64,000 nucleotides of DNA from Bacteroidota bacterium (GTDB lineage: Bacteria; Bacteroidota; Bacteroidia; Bacteroidales; CAIXZF01), in assembly GCA_037132075.1 (NCBI GenBank), contig JBAXPV010000007.1:1-64000 (forward strand), written 5' to 3'. Both the position numbers and the translations under genes were made by a program. Below are positions 18,732 through 28,396 of this stretch, piece by piece (position 1 is the first letter of the stretch; every line of letters begins with the position of its first letter). The notes under the pieces are model-generated. The model saw only the letters and a list, made by a program, of their open reading frames with translations, did no database searches and had not been told where the DNA came from.

Positions 18732-19679
18732 TTACTGATTCGCTATTAAGGCACTGAAGTAATCAATTGTTTTGACGAGGCCATCTTCGATTTGTATCGT
18801 AGGTTCCCAGTCCAGTTCTTTCTTTGCCAGGCTGATATCGGGTTGTCGTTGTGTTGGATCATCGGGCGGAAGGGGCATTCGGATGATTTTGGATTTTGAG
18901 CCGGTGAGCCTGATCACTTTTTCAGCCAATTCAAGAATCGTAAATTCATTGGGGTTCCCGATATTCACTGGTCCGGTAAATTCATCCCTTGAAGCCATCA
19001 TCCGGATCATTCCTTCTACAAGGTCATCGACATACTGGAAACTACGGGTTTGTTGTCCGTCGCCATAAATCGTAATATCTTCATTTTGTAGGGCTTGCAT
19101 GATGAAGTTGGACACCACCCTGCCGTCATGAGGATGCATCCTTGGGCCGTAGGTATTGAAAATACGTATGATCTTGATTTTTACATTGTTTTGTTTGTGA
19201 TAATTGACAAACAATGTTTCCGCTGAGCGCTTTCCTTCATCATAACAGGACCGTTCTCCGATAGGATTCACGTGGCCCCAATATGTTTCAACCTGGGGAT
19301 GAATCTGGGGATCACCGTATACCTCACTTGTCGAAGCTTGCAGGATTTTGGCCCTGATTCTTTTGGCGAGTCCCAGCATATTAATGGCGCCCATCACTGA
19401 AGTCTTGATGGTTTTTATGGCATTATACTGATAATGAATGGGAGAAGCAGGGCAAGCCAGGTTATAGATTTCGTCGACTTCGATAAAGAAGGGCATAGTC
19501 ACGTCATGGCGAATCAACTCAAAAAACGGGTTGTCGAGGAGGTGAACTATGTTTTGTTTTTGTCCGGTGAAATAATTGTCGAGACAAACGACTTCATTGC
19601 CTTCTTTCAAAAGCCGGTCGCAAAGGTGTGATCCGACAAAGCCTGCACCACCCGTCACCAATACTTTTTTCCTGATCAT
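18732..19679 (-). CDS. UDP-glucuronate decarboxylase (UDP-xylose synthase)
   Basis: [38 protein letters not shown]: near-diagnostic N-terminus of the UXS family. SDR fold. Confidence 0.9.
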   Translation of the reverse strand: MIRKKVLVTGGAGFVGSHLCDRLLKEGNEVVCLDNYFTGQKQNIVHLLDNPFFELIRHDVTMPFFIEVDEIYNLACPASPIHYQYNAIKTIKTSVMGAINMLGLAKRIRAKILQASTSEVYGDPQIHPQVETYWGHVNPIGERSCYDEGKRSAETLFVNYHKQNNVKIKIIRIFNTYGPRMHPHDGRVVSNFIMQALQNEDITIYGDGQQTRSFQYVDDLVEGMIRMMASRDEFTGPVNIGNPNEFTILELAEKVIRLTGSKSKIIRMPLPPDDPTQRQPDISLAKKELDWEPTIQIEDGLVKTIDYFSALIANQ

Positions 19680-19705
19680 GATTGAAGATTTAGGATAATG
19701 AGAGA

Positions 19706-21031
19706 TTATTTGGTGGTATCAATACCGATGCAGAAATAATCGAAACCTAGTTTTTTCATTTCAATAGGGTCATAGATGTTACGACCATCGAAGATGACAG
19801 GCCCGGTCATGAGTTTTTTTACGATTTTGAAGTTAGGGAATTTGAACTCTGGCCATTCGGTAATCAATGCAAGGCAGTCGGCATCAATAAGCGCATCATA
19901 TTGATCATCAGAATAAGCGATGGTCTCACCAAGGTGATGTTTTGCTTCTTTCATGGCAACGGGGTCATAGGCTTTTACTTTAGCACCTGCCTCAAGTAAC
20001 TTTTTGATGATGACAAGAGCAGGGGCTTCACGCATATCATCGGTTTGTGGTTTGAAAGACAATCCCCAGAGGGCAATGGTTTTGCCTTTAATATCTCCAT
20101 TGAAATATTTCATGATCTTATTGTAGATCACAGATTTCTGGTCCTTGTTAACGGCTTCCACTGCTTTTAATACGCGGAGTTCATAGCCAAAACCTTCAGC
20201 CGTGTTCACCAAAGCCTGGACATCTTTTGGGAAGCAGGAGCCACCATATCCGATTCCGGGGTAGATGAATTTTGTGCCAATCCTGGAGTCGGAACCGATG
20301 CCTTTTCGGACCATATTAACATCAGCACCGACGATTTCGCAAAGGTTTGCGATGTCGTTCATAAAGCTGATTTTAGTAGCCAGCATTGAGTTTGCGGCAT
20401 ATTTCGTCATCTCGGCAGAGGTGATGTCCATGAAAATAACAGGATGCCCGTTGAGGGTGAAAGGCTTGTAAAGGCTTTTCATTACTTCTTCTGCCCTGGA
20501 TGAATCGAGACCGACAACGATACGGTCAGGTTTCAGGAAATCATCGATTGCAGCGCCTTCTTTGAGAAATTCGGGGTTTGAGGCAACATCAAAATCAATA
20601 GAAACATTTCGTTTTGAAAGTTCGTCAGTAATTGCATCCCGTACTTTTTTCGCGGTTCCGACAGGCACAGTGCTTTTTGTAACGACCAGGAGGTAATCGG
20701 TCATGTGCTTCCCGCATTCACGGGCAACGGCAATTACATATTTTAAATCGGCGCTGCCGTCTTCATCGGGAGGAGTCCCTACAGCGATAAAGACCACTTC
20801 ACATTCAACGAGAGCTTCAGCAAGATTGGTTGTGAAAGTCAGACGACCTTTTTTGCTGTTACGAAGCAACATCTCATCCAGGCCTGGTTCATAAATTGGG
20901 ACGATTCCGTTTTTAAGATTTTCAATTTTTTTCTGATCAATGTCAACACAGGTGACTTCGATCCCAACTTCTGAGAAGCATGTTCCGGTGACCAGACCGA
21001 CGTATCCGCTTCCAACAATAGCGATTTTCAC
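19706..21031 (-). CDS. ugd: UDP-glucose 6-dehydrogenase
   Basis: [23 protein letters not shown]...PIYEPGL plus catalytic Cys region GGSCFPKD. Classic Ugd/Udg. Confidence 0.9.
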   Translation of the reverse strand: MKIAIVGSGYVGLVTGTCFSEVGIEVTCVDIDQKKIENLKNGIVPIYEPGLDEMLLRNSKKGRLTFTTNLAEALVECEVVFIAVGTPPDEDGSADLKYVIAVARECGKHMTDYLLVVTKSTVPVGTAKKVRDAITDELSKRNVSIDFDVASNPEFLKEGAAIDDFLKPDRIVVGLDSSRAEEVMKSLYKPFTLNGHPVIFMDITSAEMTKYAANSMLATKISFMNDIANLCEIVGADVNMVRKGIGSDSRIGTKFIYPGIGYGGSCFPKDVQALVNTAEGFGYELRVLKAVEAVNKDQKSVIYNKIMKYFNGDIKGKTIALWGLSFKPQTDDMREAPALVIIKKLLEAGAKVKAYDPVAMKEAKHHLGETIAYSDDQYDALIDADCLALITEWPEFKFPNFKIVKKLMTGPVIFDGRNIYDPIEMKKLGFDYFCIGIDTTK

Positions 21032-21177
21032 AGTACAAGGTTTTGAGTTAGTAATTCAGACAAATATAATGAAACAATCCAAAAACCAATAAAAACTTTG
21101 TTATCTTAGTGCTTTAATCCTACATATGAGGGGGTCAAATGCTGAATTGACATGTATTAATTATAAATATAATACTT

Positions 21178-22008
21178 ATGTTCCGTCCTGTAGTTCCTGC
21201 AAATATAAGAATACATAGGTTTGATTATCATAAACTTGAAGAGATTCCTGACGGAGTTTTTGAGAAGATACGTGCAGGATTTAAGGCCCAATATTCTGAT
21301 AATCCAGTTGTTTCGGTTAATATTATTGCATGGAATGAGGAGTCCAATATTCTTCGGAATTTGTCATCATTAAGTGCGATGAAAAGCAAATATCAGGTTG
21401 AATATATTTTTGTCAATAATAACTCTACAGACAATACAGCTGAAATTATTCGCAAGTGCGGCATTACGCCTATTTTAGAGACGAAGCAAGGGTATGGGTT
21501 TGCCAGGCAGGCTGCCCTGGAGAACAGCCATGGTAAATATATTCTTACCGGGGATTCTGATACCATTTATCCGCCAGGATGGGTAGATACAATGATTAAA
21601 CCTTTGATTGCGGAAAAGGCTTTAGCCAGTTATGGTACTTATTCCTTTATTCCTGAACCAGGGCAATCGCGTTTACGATTTGCATTTTACGAATTTTTCA
21701 GGGACATGGTCCATTCTCTTCGAACCATTAAACGGCCAGAGCTGGCTGTTGGCGGTGTGAATTTCTGTTTCCCGCGTGAAGAAGCATTGAAAATTGGCTT
21801 TATAAAAAGTGACTCACGTATGGAAGACGGACAAATGGCTTTGGCCCTGAGAAGAAAGGGTAAACTCCACAGAGTCACAAAAATGTCGTCAATTGCATGG
21901 ACAGTCACCCGTTCTATCGAAAAAAGCGGGTCTTTCTTTAATGCTATTACAACCAGGATTGTCAAAGAGATCAAACGTTTCAGCCTCTATTTTCATAAGG
22001 AGAAATAA
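21178..22008 (+). CDS. Glycosyltransferase family 2
   Basis: GT-A fold hallmarks: VSVNIIAWNEE, DNNSTDNT, TGDSDTIYP (DxD-like). Confidence 0.7.
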   Translation: MFRPVVPANIRIHRFDYHKLEEIPDGVFEKIRAGFKAQYSDNPVVSVNIIAWNEESNILRNLSSLSAMKSKYQVEYIFVNNNSTDNTAEIIRKCGITPILETKQGYGFARQAALENSHGKYILTGDSDTIYPPGWVDTMIKPLIAEKALASYGTYSFIPEPGQSRLRFAFYEFFRDMVHSLRTIKRPELAVGGVNFCFPREEALKIGFIKSDSRMEDGQMALALRRKGKLHRVTKMSSIAWTVTRSIEKSGSFFNAITTRIVKEIKRFSLYFHKEK

Positions 22009-22048
22009 CTTAAACTAATAGTCCGGATTAACGTATACATTTAAATAT

Positions 22049-22435
22049 ATGAAACAAAAAATTTTGGTAATAGATGATGAACGCAGTATTTGCCTGCTGC
22101 TTGAGAATTTCCTTTCAAATCTTTATGAAGTAGTAACTAAGAATGATGGGAATGAAGCTCTTGAATGGCTTGAGGGGAATCAGCCTGACCTGATCATTTG
22201 TGATATCCAGATGCCAGTGATGGACGGATATCATTTTGTCGAAAAAGTCAGGCAGAGAGGCTATACAAAACATACCCCGGTTGTCATGCTATCAGGAGCT
22301 GAGAGTAGCAAGGAAAGGATTAAATGTTACAAATTGGGCGCTCAGGATTTCCTGGCCAAGCCTTTTAATCCTGAAGAACTGGGTGAGTTGATTAAAAAAA
22401 ATCTGTTTCCCATTCATTATGCCCTGAAATGGTGA
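22049..22435 (+). CDS. Stand-alone response-regulator receiver protein (CheY-like, no output domain)
   Basis: KILVIDDE...DLIICDIQMPVMDGY...KHTPVVMLSG...KLGAQDFLAKP: canonical REC motifs including the acceptor Asp. Confidence 0.85.
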   Translation: MKQKILVIDDERSICLLLENFLSNLYEVVTKNDGNEALEWLEGNQPDLIICDIQMPVMDGYHFVEKVRQRGYTKHTPVVMLSGAESSKERIKCYKLGAQDFLAKPFNPEELGELIKKNLFPIHYALKW

Positions 22436-22453
22436 GTTAGTATCTGAATCTGA

Positions 22454-23689
22454 GTGAAGGAACTCCAAACCAATGGTCTGAAATCTATGGAAAACACAAT
22501 AAAAATTCTTTATATCGGGAAATCCCAGGAGAGTATCGATGCGTTAAAATTATCATCAGGGATTGTTCTCAACGTGAAAGACAACACTTTGGGTGCGATA
22601 CAATTTCTCAAGGATGAGCAGCGGCCTGATGCAATTCTTTGCGAGAATGTTGTTTCAGGAGGCAGTGCAATTGAAATCTTTGACTGGGTTCGTGCCCGTG
22701 AGCATTTTGACCTTGTGGCTTTTTTCCTGGTATCTTATGAGTTTAAGGAAGAAATGCTGAAAGAAGCTTTTTTAAAGCGTATCGATGACTATTATGTATT
22801 GCCGCTTCCTCCGGCAAAAGATTTAATCGGACGGATTCAATTTTTGAAGAATTTCCGGGCCAAATTGGAGAAGACACCCAAAGAAATATTAGAAGAGCCT
22901 GTCGTTGCTTACAAGATGCCTGTTTCAAAGAGAATTTTCGACATCCTGGTCGCCTCTTTCGCTTTGATTTTTTTATCCCCCATTTTGCTGCTGGTTGTTA
23001 TCGCCATCAGGCTTGAATCGAAAGGGAAAGTTTATTACACCTCAAAAAGGGTGGGACGTAAACCTTTTGATTTTTATAAATTGAGATCAATGCGTGTTGG
23101 TGCTGATGCAGAATTAAGTAAGCTGGCCAAGGACAAAAATCAATACAATACAGCCAAACAGGCTGAAGTTGATTTCTCGAAAGTATGTCCAAGATGTTCT
23201 TCTTTGCCTGAAGGTCAGACTTGTTCTGCCGTTTTGCATATCGGAGATCACGATATCTGTGATTATTGGTATAATATTCAAAAGAAAGAAGTCGCCAGTT
23301 CAAAATCTGCGTTTATAAAAATTGTTGATGACCCACGTATAACCAAAGTAGGAAAGGTGATTCGGAATACCAGCATTGATGAACTTCCCCAGTTAATTAA
23401 TGTGCTGAAGGGAGATATGTCGATCGTAGGCAATCGTCCTTTACCTGTTTATGAGGCAGAGATTCTGACCCAGGACATTATGTCGAAGCGATTTCTGGCA
23501 CCAGCAGGGATAACAGGTTTGTGGCAGGTTGAGCTCAGGGGAAGGGGTGGTGATATGTCGGAGGAAGAACGCAAACGCCTTGACAATGAATATGCGAACC
23601 ATTTTGTAGGGGATAATTACTCTTTCTGGTATGATTTGAAATTGATCTTAAGGACCATTCCGGCGATGTTTCAAAAAGACACTGTTTAA
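22454..23689 (+). CDS. Undecaprenyl-phosphate sugar phosphotransferase (bacterial sugar transferase, WbaP/ExoY family) with an N-terminal receiver-like domain
   Basis: C-terminal PF02397-type motifs (KRVGRKPFDFYKLRSM, DELPQLINVLKGDMSIVGNRP, TGLWQV). The N-terminal ~120 aa has a REC-like fold pattern (ILYIG...DAILCE...) with Glu where the acceptor Asp is expected. There is a Cys-rich insertion (CPRCSSLPEGQTCS). Confidence 0.8.
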   Translation: MKELQTNGLKSMENTIKILYIGKSQESIDALKLSSGIVLNVKDNTLGAIQFLKDEQRPDAILCENVVSGGSAIEIFDWVRAREHFDLVAFFLVSYEFKEEMLKEAFLKRIDDYYVLPLPPAKDLIGRIQFLKNFRAKLEKTPKEILEEPVVAYKMPVSKRIFDILVASFALIFLSPILLLVVIAIRLESKGKVYYTSKRVGRKPFDFYKLRSMRVGADAELSKLAKDKNQYNTAKQAEVDFSKVCPRCSSLPEGQTCSAVLHIGDHDICDYWYNIQKKEVASSKSAFIKIVDDPRITKVGKVIRNTSIDELPQLINVLKGDMSIVGNRPLPVYEAEILTQDIMSKRFLAPAGITGLWQVELRGRGGDMSEEERKRLDNEYANHFVGDNYSFWYDLKLILRTIPAMFQKDTV

Positions 23690-23706
23690 ATCTCCGAACA
23701 ATACCA

Positions 23707-24489
23707 ATGCAGCCTATGAAAATAATCCGTTTCCCATTGCTTTTAATCAGCTTTATTTTATGTTGGCAAGGCAATCTTTTTGGACAGCCTAAAAAACTTT
23801 TTGATCCCATCAATTCTGATATCAGCAATTATATTCCACCATTAAGCGCCCTTCTTGATTCTGCGATCCTTCATAATCCAAATGTTGCATTCAGGGATCT
23901 TCAGACGACAATAAACAATTGCAAATTTAGAGCGGCACAAATAGACTGGACAAAGAACATTGGTTTTTTAACGGACATCCGTTATGGGACTTTTGACAAT
24001 TATTCAACGGATTATACCGGAGGGACTGGCCCCGTAAACAACATGACCACACGTACTGAGCTGCGGTGGGGTTATGGCGCTTATATCAGTCTCCCGATTT
24101 TTACTGTAATGAACAGGAGAAACCTGGTTAGGATTTCAAAATATGAGATGGAGCAGGCCAAAAGTATGGCCGATGCCCAGCGTAGTGAATTGACGCAGGA
24201 AATAATCAGGCAGTATAATGATCTCATTTTGAAGCAACGACTGTTAAGAATCAAGTCAAAAAGTTTTGAAACGGCCCGTATAAATCTGCAAATGGCGGAA
24301 AAGGAGTTCTCAAATGGTTCGATCAACGTTACAGAATTATCACAGATTTCTATGGCAGTGTCGGGTTCGGAGAGCGATTTTGAAACGGCCCGTATGGATC
24401 TGCTGACAGCTTATCTTATCCTGGAAGAATTGGTTGGCATTAAGTTTAACCTGACAAACTCAATACAAGGTACGAATGAAGTTAATTGA
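23707..24489 (+). CDS. Secreted TolC-like (outer-membrane-efflux-protein-like) half-length protein, possible outer-membrane export partner
   Basis: Signal peptide. LLDSAILHNPNV..A...L...R.A....Y.P and coiled-coil helices reminiscent of OEP/TolC repeats, but only ~260 aa. It overlaps the Wzc-like gene by 14 nt. Confidence 0.35.
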   Translation: MQPMKIIRFPLLLISFILCWQGNLFGQPKKLFDPINSDISNYIPPLSALLDSAILHNPNVAFRDLQTTINNCKFRAAQIDWTKNIGFLTDIRYGTFDNYSTDYTGGTGPVNNMTTRTELRWGYGAYISLPIFTVMNRRNLVRISKYEMEQAKSMADAQRSELTQEIIRQYNDLILKQRLLRIKSKSFETARINLQMAEKEFSNGSINVTELSQISMAVSGSESDFETARMDLLTAYLILEELVGIKFNLTNSIQGTNEVN

Positions 24490-26992
24490 CATCTTACGTT
24501 TATTGCGTAAACATCTGGTATTGTTATTGATTACTCCAGTTTTACTGGCTGGTTTAGTTGCCTATTTAACAAGAAATCCAACCTATGTCTTTTCATCCGA
24601 AACGACGCTTTTCACTGGTATTGCTTCAGGATCCAGTGTTGAGATGGACAAATCTTTCAATTATTTTGCAGCCAATATCGCTTTTGATAATCTTATAAAC
24701 ATCATCAAATCACGTGAGACGCAGCAGGAAGTAGCCATTCGATTGCTGGCACAGCACCTGATGCTAAAAAGCTATGATCCGAGGTATATTTCTAAGAAGT
24801 CATTTGATGAGTTAAGGAAGATCACCCCGAATTATATCTTTAAAATGGTTGTCAAAGATGGAAAATCCGTAGATGTCGCTAAAGATCATCCTGCGAAAGA
24901 GGCCGTAAGCGCCGGGGATGAAGAAGATACTATTTCTCAGAAGGACACCTTTTCATTCAAGGATTTGAATATGGGTGATTCAATGCAGATATTTCCACCT
25001 TCAATTGATCCAATCGCCTATGAACAGACTGTTAAGAATCTGGAAAACTATATGGCGAGCAGTGATACCAATTTTGTATACATGCTTCTTAATTTTGGTC
25101 ATCCCCATTATTCCATCAAGGCGATTTCTGCTGTGAATGTACAAAGGATTGCCACCAGCGATCTGGTCAGGTTAAAATATGATTCGGATGATCCAGGGAT
25201 TTGCCGGCAAACCTTAAGTTTGTTTACAGAAGCATGCATAAAAAATTATAAAGTCATCAAGGAAAATCGATCTGATGCCGTCGTGAAGTATTTTGAATTT
25301 CAGTTAAAACAAGCTGCTGATCGTCTCAAAGTCGGAGAGAGTAAGCTGTTGAAATTCAATGAGGATAATAACATTATCAATTATTACGAGCAAAGCAAGG
25401 CTGTTGCAGTTGTTAAGGAAGACCTGGAAGTAGATTACAACAAGATGAAGATAAAGGTCGCTGGAACCGAGGCTTCAATCAAACGTATAGAGGAAAAACT
25501 CGGGAACCAGCAGCTAATTCAGCTTAAAAGCGGTTCGATTATTCAAAAGCGAAATCAGCTGGGAGAAATAAGTGCTAAAATTGCTACTGCGGAAACAATA
25601 GAATATGGTAAGACAATTGATGATAAGGAACTTAGTAAGCTCAAGGCTGAGGCAGAAAATCTAAAAGAAGAGATTCGGAAAAATGTTAATGACCTGTACA
25701 GCTACAGTAACTCGACTGAAGGATTGCCAACAGCAAGGTTGCTTAACGATTGGATCACCAATGTGATTGAATTTGAGGATACTAAAGCAGGATTGCAGGT
25801 GCAGGCAGACCGGATCAAGGAATTCCAGAAGCAATATGCGATTTATGCACCTGCAGGAGCTAACCTAAAACGGATTGAACGGGAGATTAATGTTTCAGAG
25901 CAGGAATTCCTGGAAATATTGCATGGTCTCAATCTGGCCAAACTCAAAATGCAGGATGTAGAGTTATCATCGAATATCAAAGCGGTGGATCCTCCCTTTT
26001 TTCCACTGTCGCCTAACCCGACAAAGCGGAAGTTATTGGTGATAGTTGCTGCCTTGCTGGGTTTTCTCATGGTACTGACCACCGCGCTTGTGATGGAGTA
26101 TTTTGATGGGACGCTGAAAGATCCATCCAGAGCGGGTAAAAAGCTAAAGGTTAGGTCGGCCGGCGTTTTTCCGAAGATATTCCTGACAATAGGCTCCCTG
26201 AATTTTCCCTTTATAACCAATCGCGTTTTGGAGATGATTCTTCAAAGTATTGGCTTTTATTCGAAAACGAAGATTGAAGGCGGCAATCCACACATATTAT
26301 TGATATTCAGTACTTTAAATGATGAAGGCAAGACTGTTATCGCAGGAAATCTTGCCTTGAAAATGAAGATGCAGGGAAAGAGAGTCCTTTTTCTGAATTA
26401 TTCCCGGGAGTCATTACGTGAAAACGAATACTCGCAAATTGGATATACCGAAGCATCTGCCCCGGCTATTCCGGATGAATTCGGCCGTAAACAGCATCGT
26501 TTTTCCTTTATCAGCAGAATGTTCGGATATAGTGATACACGGGTGAATTACGACAGTCCGTTTTTGCAAAAACCGGAAAGCTACCTGAGCAAGGAAGAAT
26601 ATATTGAATACCGGATCGATGCCGGTTATTACTCTGCCAGGGGATTTGAAGATTTTTTAAAAACAAACAATATAACGCTGAATGTCGAGCCAGAGATTGT
26701 TTTAATAGAATTGCCACCGGTTTTATACTACCAATACCCGGCCAATCTGCTTGCCGCTGCCAATACTGTTGTTCTGGTATGCAGGGCAAACAGGATATGG
26801 TCAAAGGCTGATGAAGGTGTTATTAGTCATTTAAAGAAATTAACCAGCCAGGAACCCTATTTTATACTCAATGGTGTAGACTTGCCAGTTATTGAGGGTG
26901 TTTTGGGTGATCTCCCAAAGAGGAGGAGCCGGATGCGGCGTATAATTAAGAACATAGCCAGATTTCAATTCTTTAACCGACAAGAACTTTAG
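24476..26992 (+). CDS. Polysaccharide co-polymerase / chain-length determinant protein (Wzc/GumC-like, PCP-2 architecture)
   Basis: N-terminal TM, long periplasmic coiled-coil region and a second TM (LLVIVAALLGFLMVLTTALV). Cytoplasmic domain with a Walker-A-like LIFSTLNDEGKTVIAGNLA. No C-terminal Tyr cluster is evident. Confidence 0.7.
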   Translation: MKLIDILRLLRKHLVLLLITPVLLAGLVAYLTRNPTYVFSSETTLFTGIASGSSVEMDKSFNYFAANIAFDNLINIIKSRETQQEVAIRLLAQHLMLKSYDPRYISKKSFDELRKITPNYIFKMVVKDGKSVDVAKDHPAKEAVSAGDEEDTISQKDTFSFKDLNMGDSMQIFPPSIDPIAYEQTVKNLENYMASSDTNFVYMLLNFGHPHYSIKAISAVNVQRIATSDLVRLKYDSDDPGICRQTLSLFTEACIKNYKVIKENRSDAVVKYFEFQLKQAADRLKVGESKLLKFNEDNNIINYYEQSKAVAVVKEDLEVDYNKMKIKVAGTEASIKRIEEKLGNQQLIQLKSGSIIQKRNQLGEISAKIATAETIEYGKTIDDKELSKLKAEAENLKEEIRKNVNDLYSYSNSTEGLPTARLLNDWITNVIEFEDTKAGLQVQADRIKEFQKQYAIYAPAGANLKRIEREINVSEQEFLEILHGLNLAKLKMQDVELSSNIKAVDPPFFPLSPNPTKRKLLVIVAALLGFLMVLTTALVMEYFDGTLKDPSRAGKKLKVRSAGVFPKIFLTIGSLNFPFITNRVLEMILQSIGFYSKTKIEGGNPHILLIFSTLNDEGKTVIAGNLALKMKMQGKRVLFLNYSRESLRENEYSQIGYTEASAPAIPDEFGRKQHRFSFISRMFGYSDTRVNYDSPFLQKPESYLSKEEYIEYRIDAGYYSARGFEDFLKTNNITLNVEPEIVLIELPPVLYYQYPANLLAAANTVVLVCRANRIWSKADEGVISHLKKLTSQEPYFILNGVDLPVIEGVLGDLPKRRSRMRRIIKNIARFQFFNRQEL

Positions 26993-27003
26993 ACCCAACC
27001 TTC

Positions 27004-28380
27004 GTGAAAGTTGCACTGAATAAATTAGTCCGTGAGGCAAATTTCTTGTCATTGGCAGGTAATGTTTCTATTGCATTCTTTGGTTTTGCCGGGTTCGCGA
27101 TTCTGGCACGTTCATTTCCTGTTGAAATTTTCGGACAATGGGTTTTGTTTATTTCTTCGGGGACATTTATTGAGATGTTCCGTTTTGGGATCACTAACAC
27201 GGCAATAATCAGATATCTGGCGGGTGTGGAACATGAGGATCGCCTAAAGTTTGTTGGGTCTAATGGTTTGATTGGTCTGATTGCCACGGCTGGAATTGCT
27301 GTGATTTTATGGGCCTTTTACCTTGCATTTCCTGGCGCCATTGACAGGTCTGGTTACACTTTGTTTTTCGTCTGGTATCCTATCATGGCGTTTTTTAACT
27401 TACCGTATAATACTGCTTTAGTCATCATGCAAGCGGATATGCAGTTTGGGAAAATATTCCTGGTTAAACTCGTAAGTAGCGGAGGCTTTTTCCTAGTTCT
27501 TCTTTTGAATTTTTTATTTTTTAAGATGCCACTCATTCAACTTGTATGGGCTCAACTGGGGATCAGTCTGGTAACCTCTGCGCTTTGTGTGATGAAAGGC
27601 TGGGATGGCCTGAGACATGTTCGAAAAGCAACAAGCCGGACGAATAAAGTGCTGCTTGATTTCGGAAAATATACAACTTTTACGTTGATTGGCACCAACC
27701 TGTTGCGAAGTGCCGATACCCTGATCATCAGTCTCAGCCCTCTTGGTACGGCTGCAGTCGCTTTGTATAGTATCCCGATGAAACTTACTGAATTACAACA
27801 AATACCCTTGCGCAGTTTTGCTGCGACGGCTTTTCCTAAGATGTCGAAAGCAAGCATTCAGGGGAAAGTGGAGGAAGTGAAGGGGTATTTTTATTCCTAT
27901 TCCGGCGCCATGACTTACCTTTTCATCTTTATCAGCCTGGTGACTTTTGTGTTTGCTGATTTTTTTGTATTAATTTTAGGAGGAAAGCAATATATTGGAT
28001 TTGACCCTGTTACACGAACCAATACCGTTGAGATCGTTAGGATATTCTCATTTTATGGCCTGATTCTGCCGATTGACAGGATGACAGGTATAGGCCTTGA
28101 TGCGATCAACCGCCCTGACAAAAACTTTGTCAAGGTATTATATATGGTGATTGCAAATGTGGTAGGAGATTTAATTGCTGTGTTTATTTTTAAATCACTG
28201 GCAATAGTGGCTGTCGCTTCTATACTCTTTACATTGATTGGCGTAATTGTCGGTTATCATTTTCTGGATAAAGAGTTACGGCTTAATCACCGTTCTGTAT
28301 TTATAGAAGGTTTTGAGTTTTACAAGTCCAGTTTTTATAAAATACGAAGCCATCTTCCTAAATACCAGAGAAATAACTGA
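27004..28380 (+). CDS. Oligosaccharide-unit flippase (Wzx-like, MOP superfamily)
   Basis: About 12 predicted TM helices with no soluble domain. Position and size are typical of Wzx. Confidence 0.6.
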   Translation: MKVALNKLVREANFLSLAGNVSIAFFGFAGFAILARSFPVEIFGQWVLFISSGTFIEMFRFGITNTAIIRYLAGVEHEDRLKFVGSNGLIGLIATAGIAVILWAFYLAFPGAIDRSGYTLFFVWYPIMAFFNLPYNTALVIMQADMQFGKIFLVKLVSSGGFFLVLLLNFLFFKMPLIQLVWAQLGISLVTSALCVMKGWDGLRHVRKATSRTNKVLLDFGKYTTFTLIGTNLLRSADTLIISLSPLGTAAVALYSIPMKLTELQQIPLRSFAATAFPKMSKASIQGKVEEVKGYFYSYSGAMTYLFIFISLVTFVFADFFVLILGGKQYIGFDPVTRTNTVEIVRIFSFYGLILPIDRMTGIGLDAINRPDKNFVKVLYMVIANVVGDLIAVFIFKSLAIVAVASILFTLIGVIVGYHFLDKELRLNHRSVFIEGFEFYKSSFYKIRSHLPKYQRNN

Positions 28381-28396
28381 ATCTTCTGAATAATCT

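Noticed and set aside
21032-21177. Divergent promoter region between ugd and the GT2 gene, searched for the Bacteroidota -7 TAnnTTTG motif
   Set aside because: No clean match to the consensus was found by eye. Reporting a promoter would be speculative.
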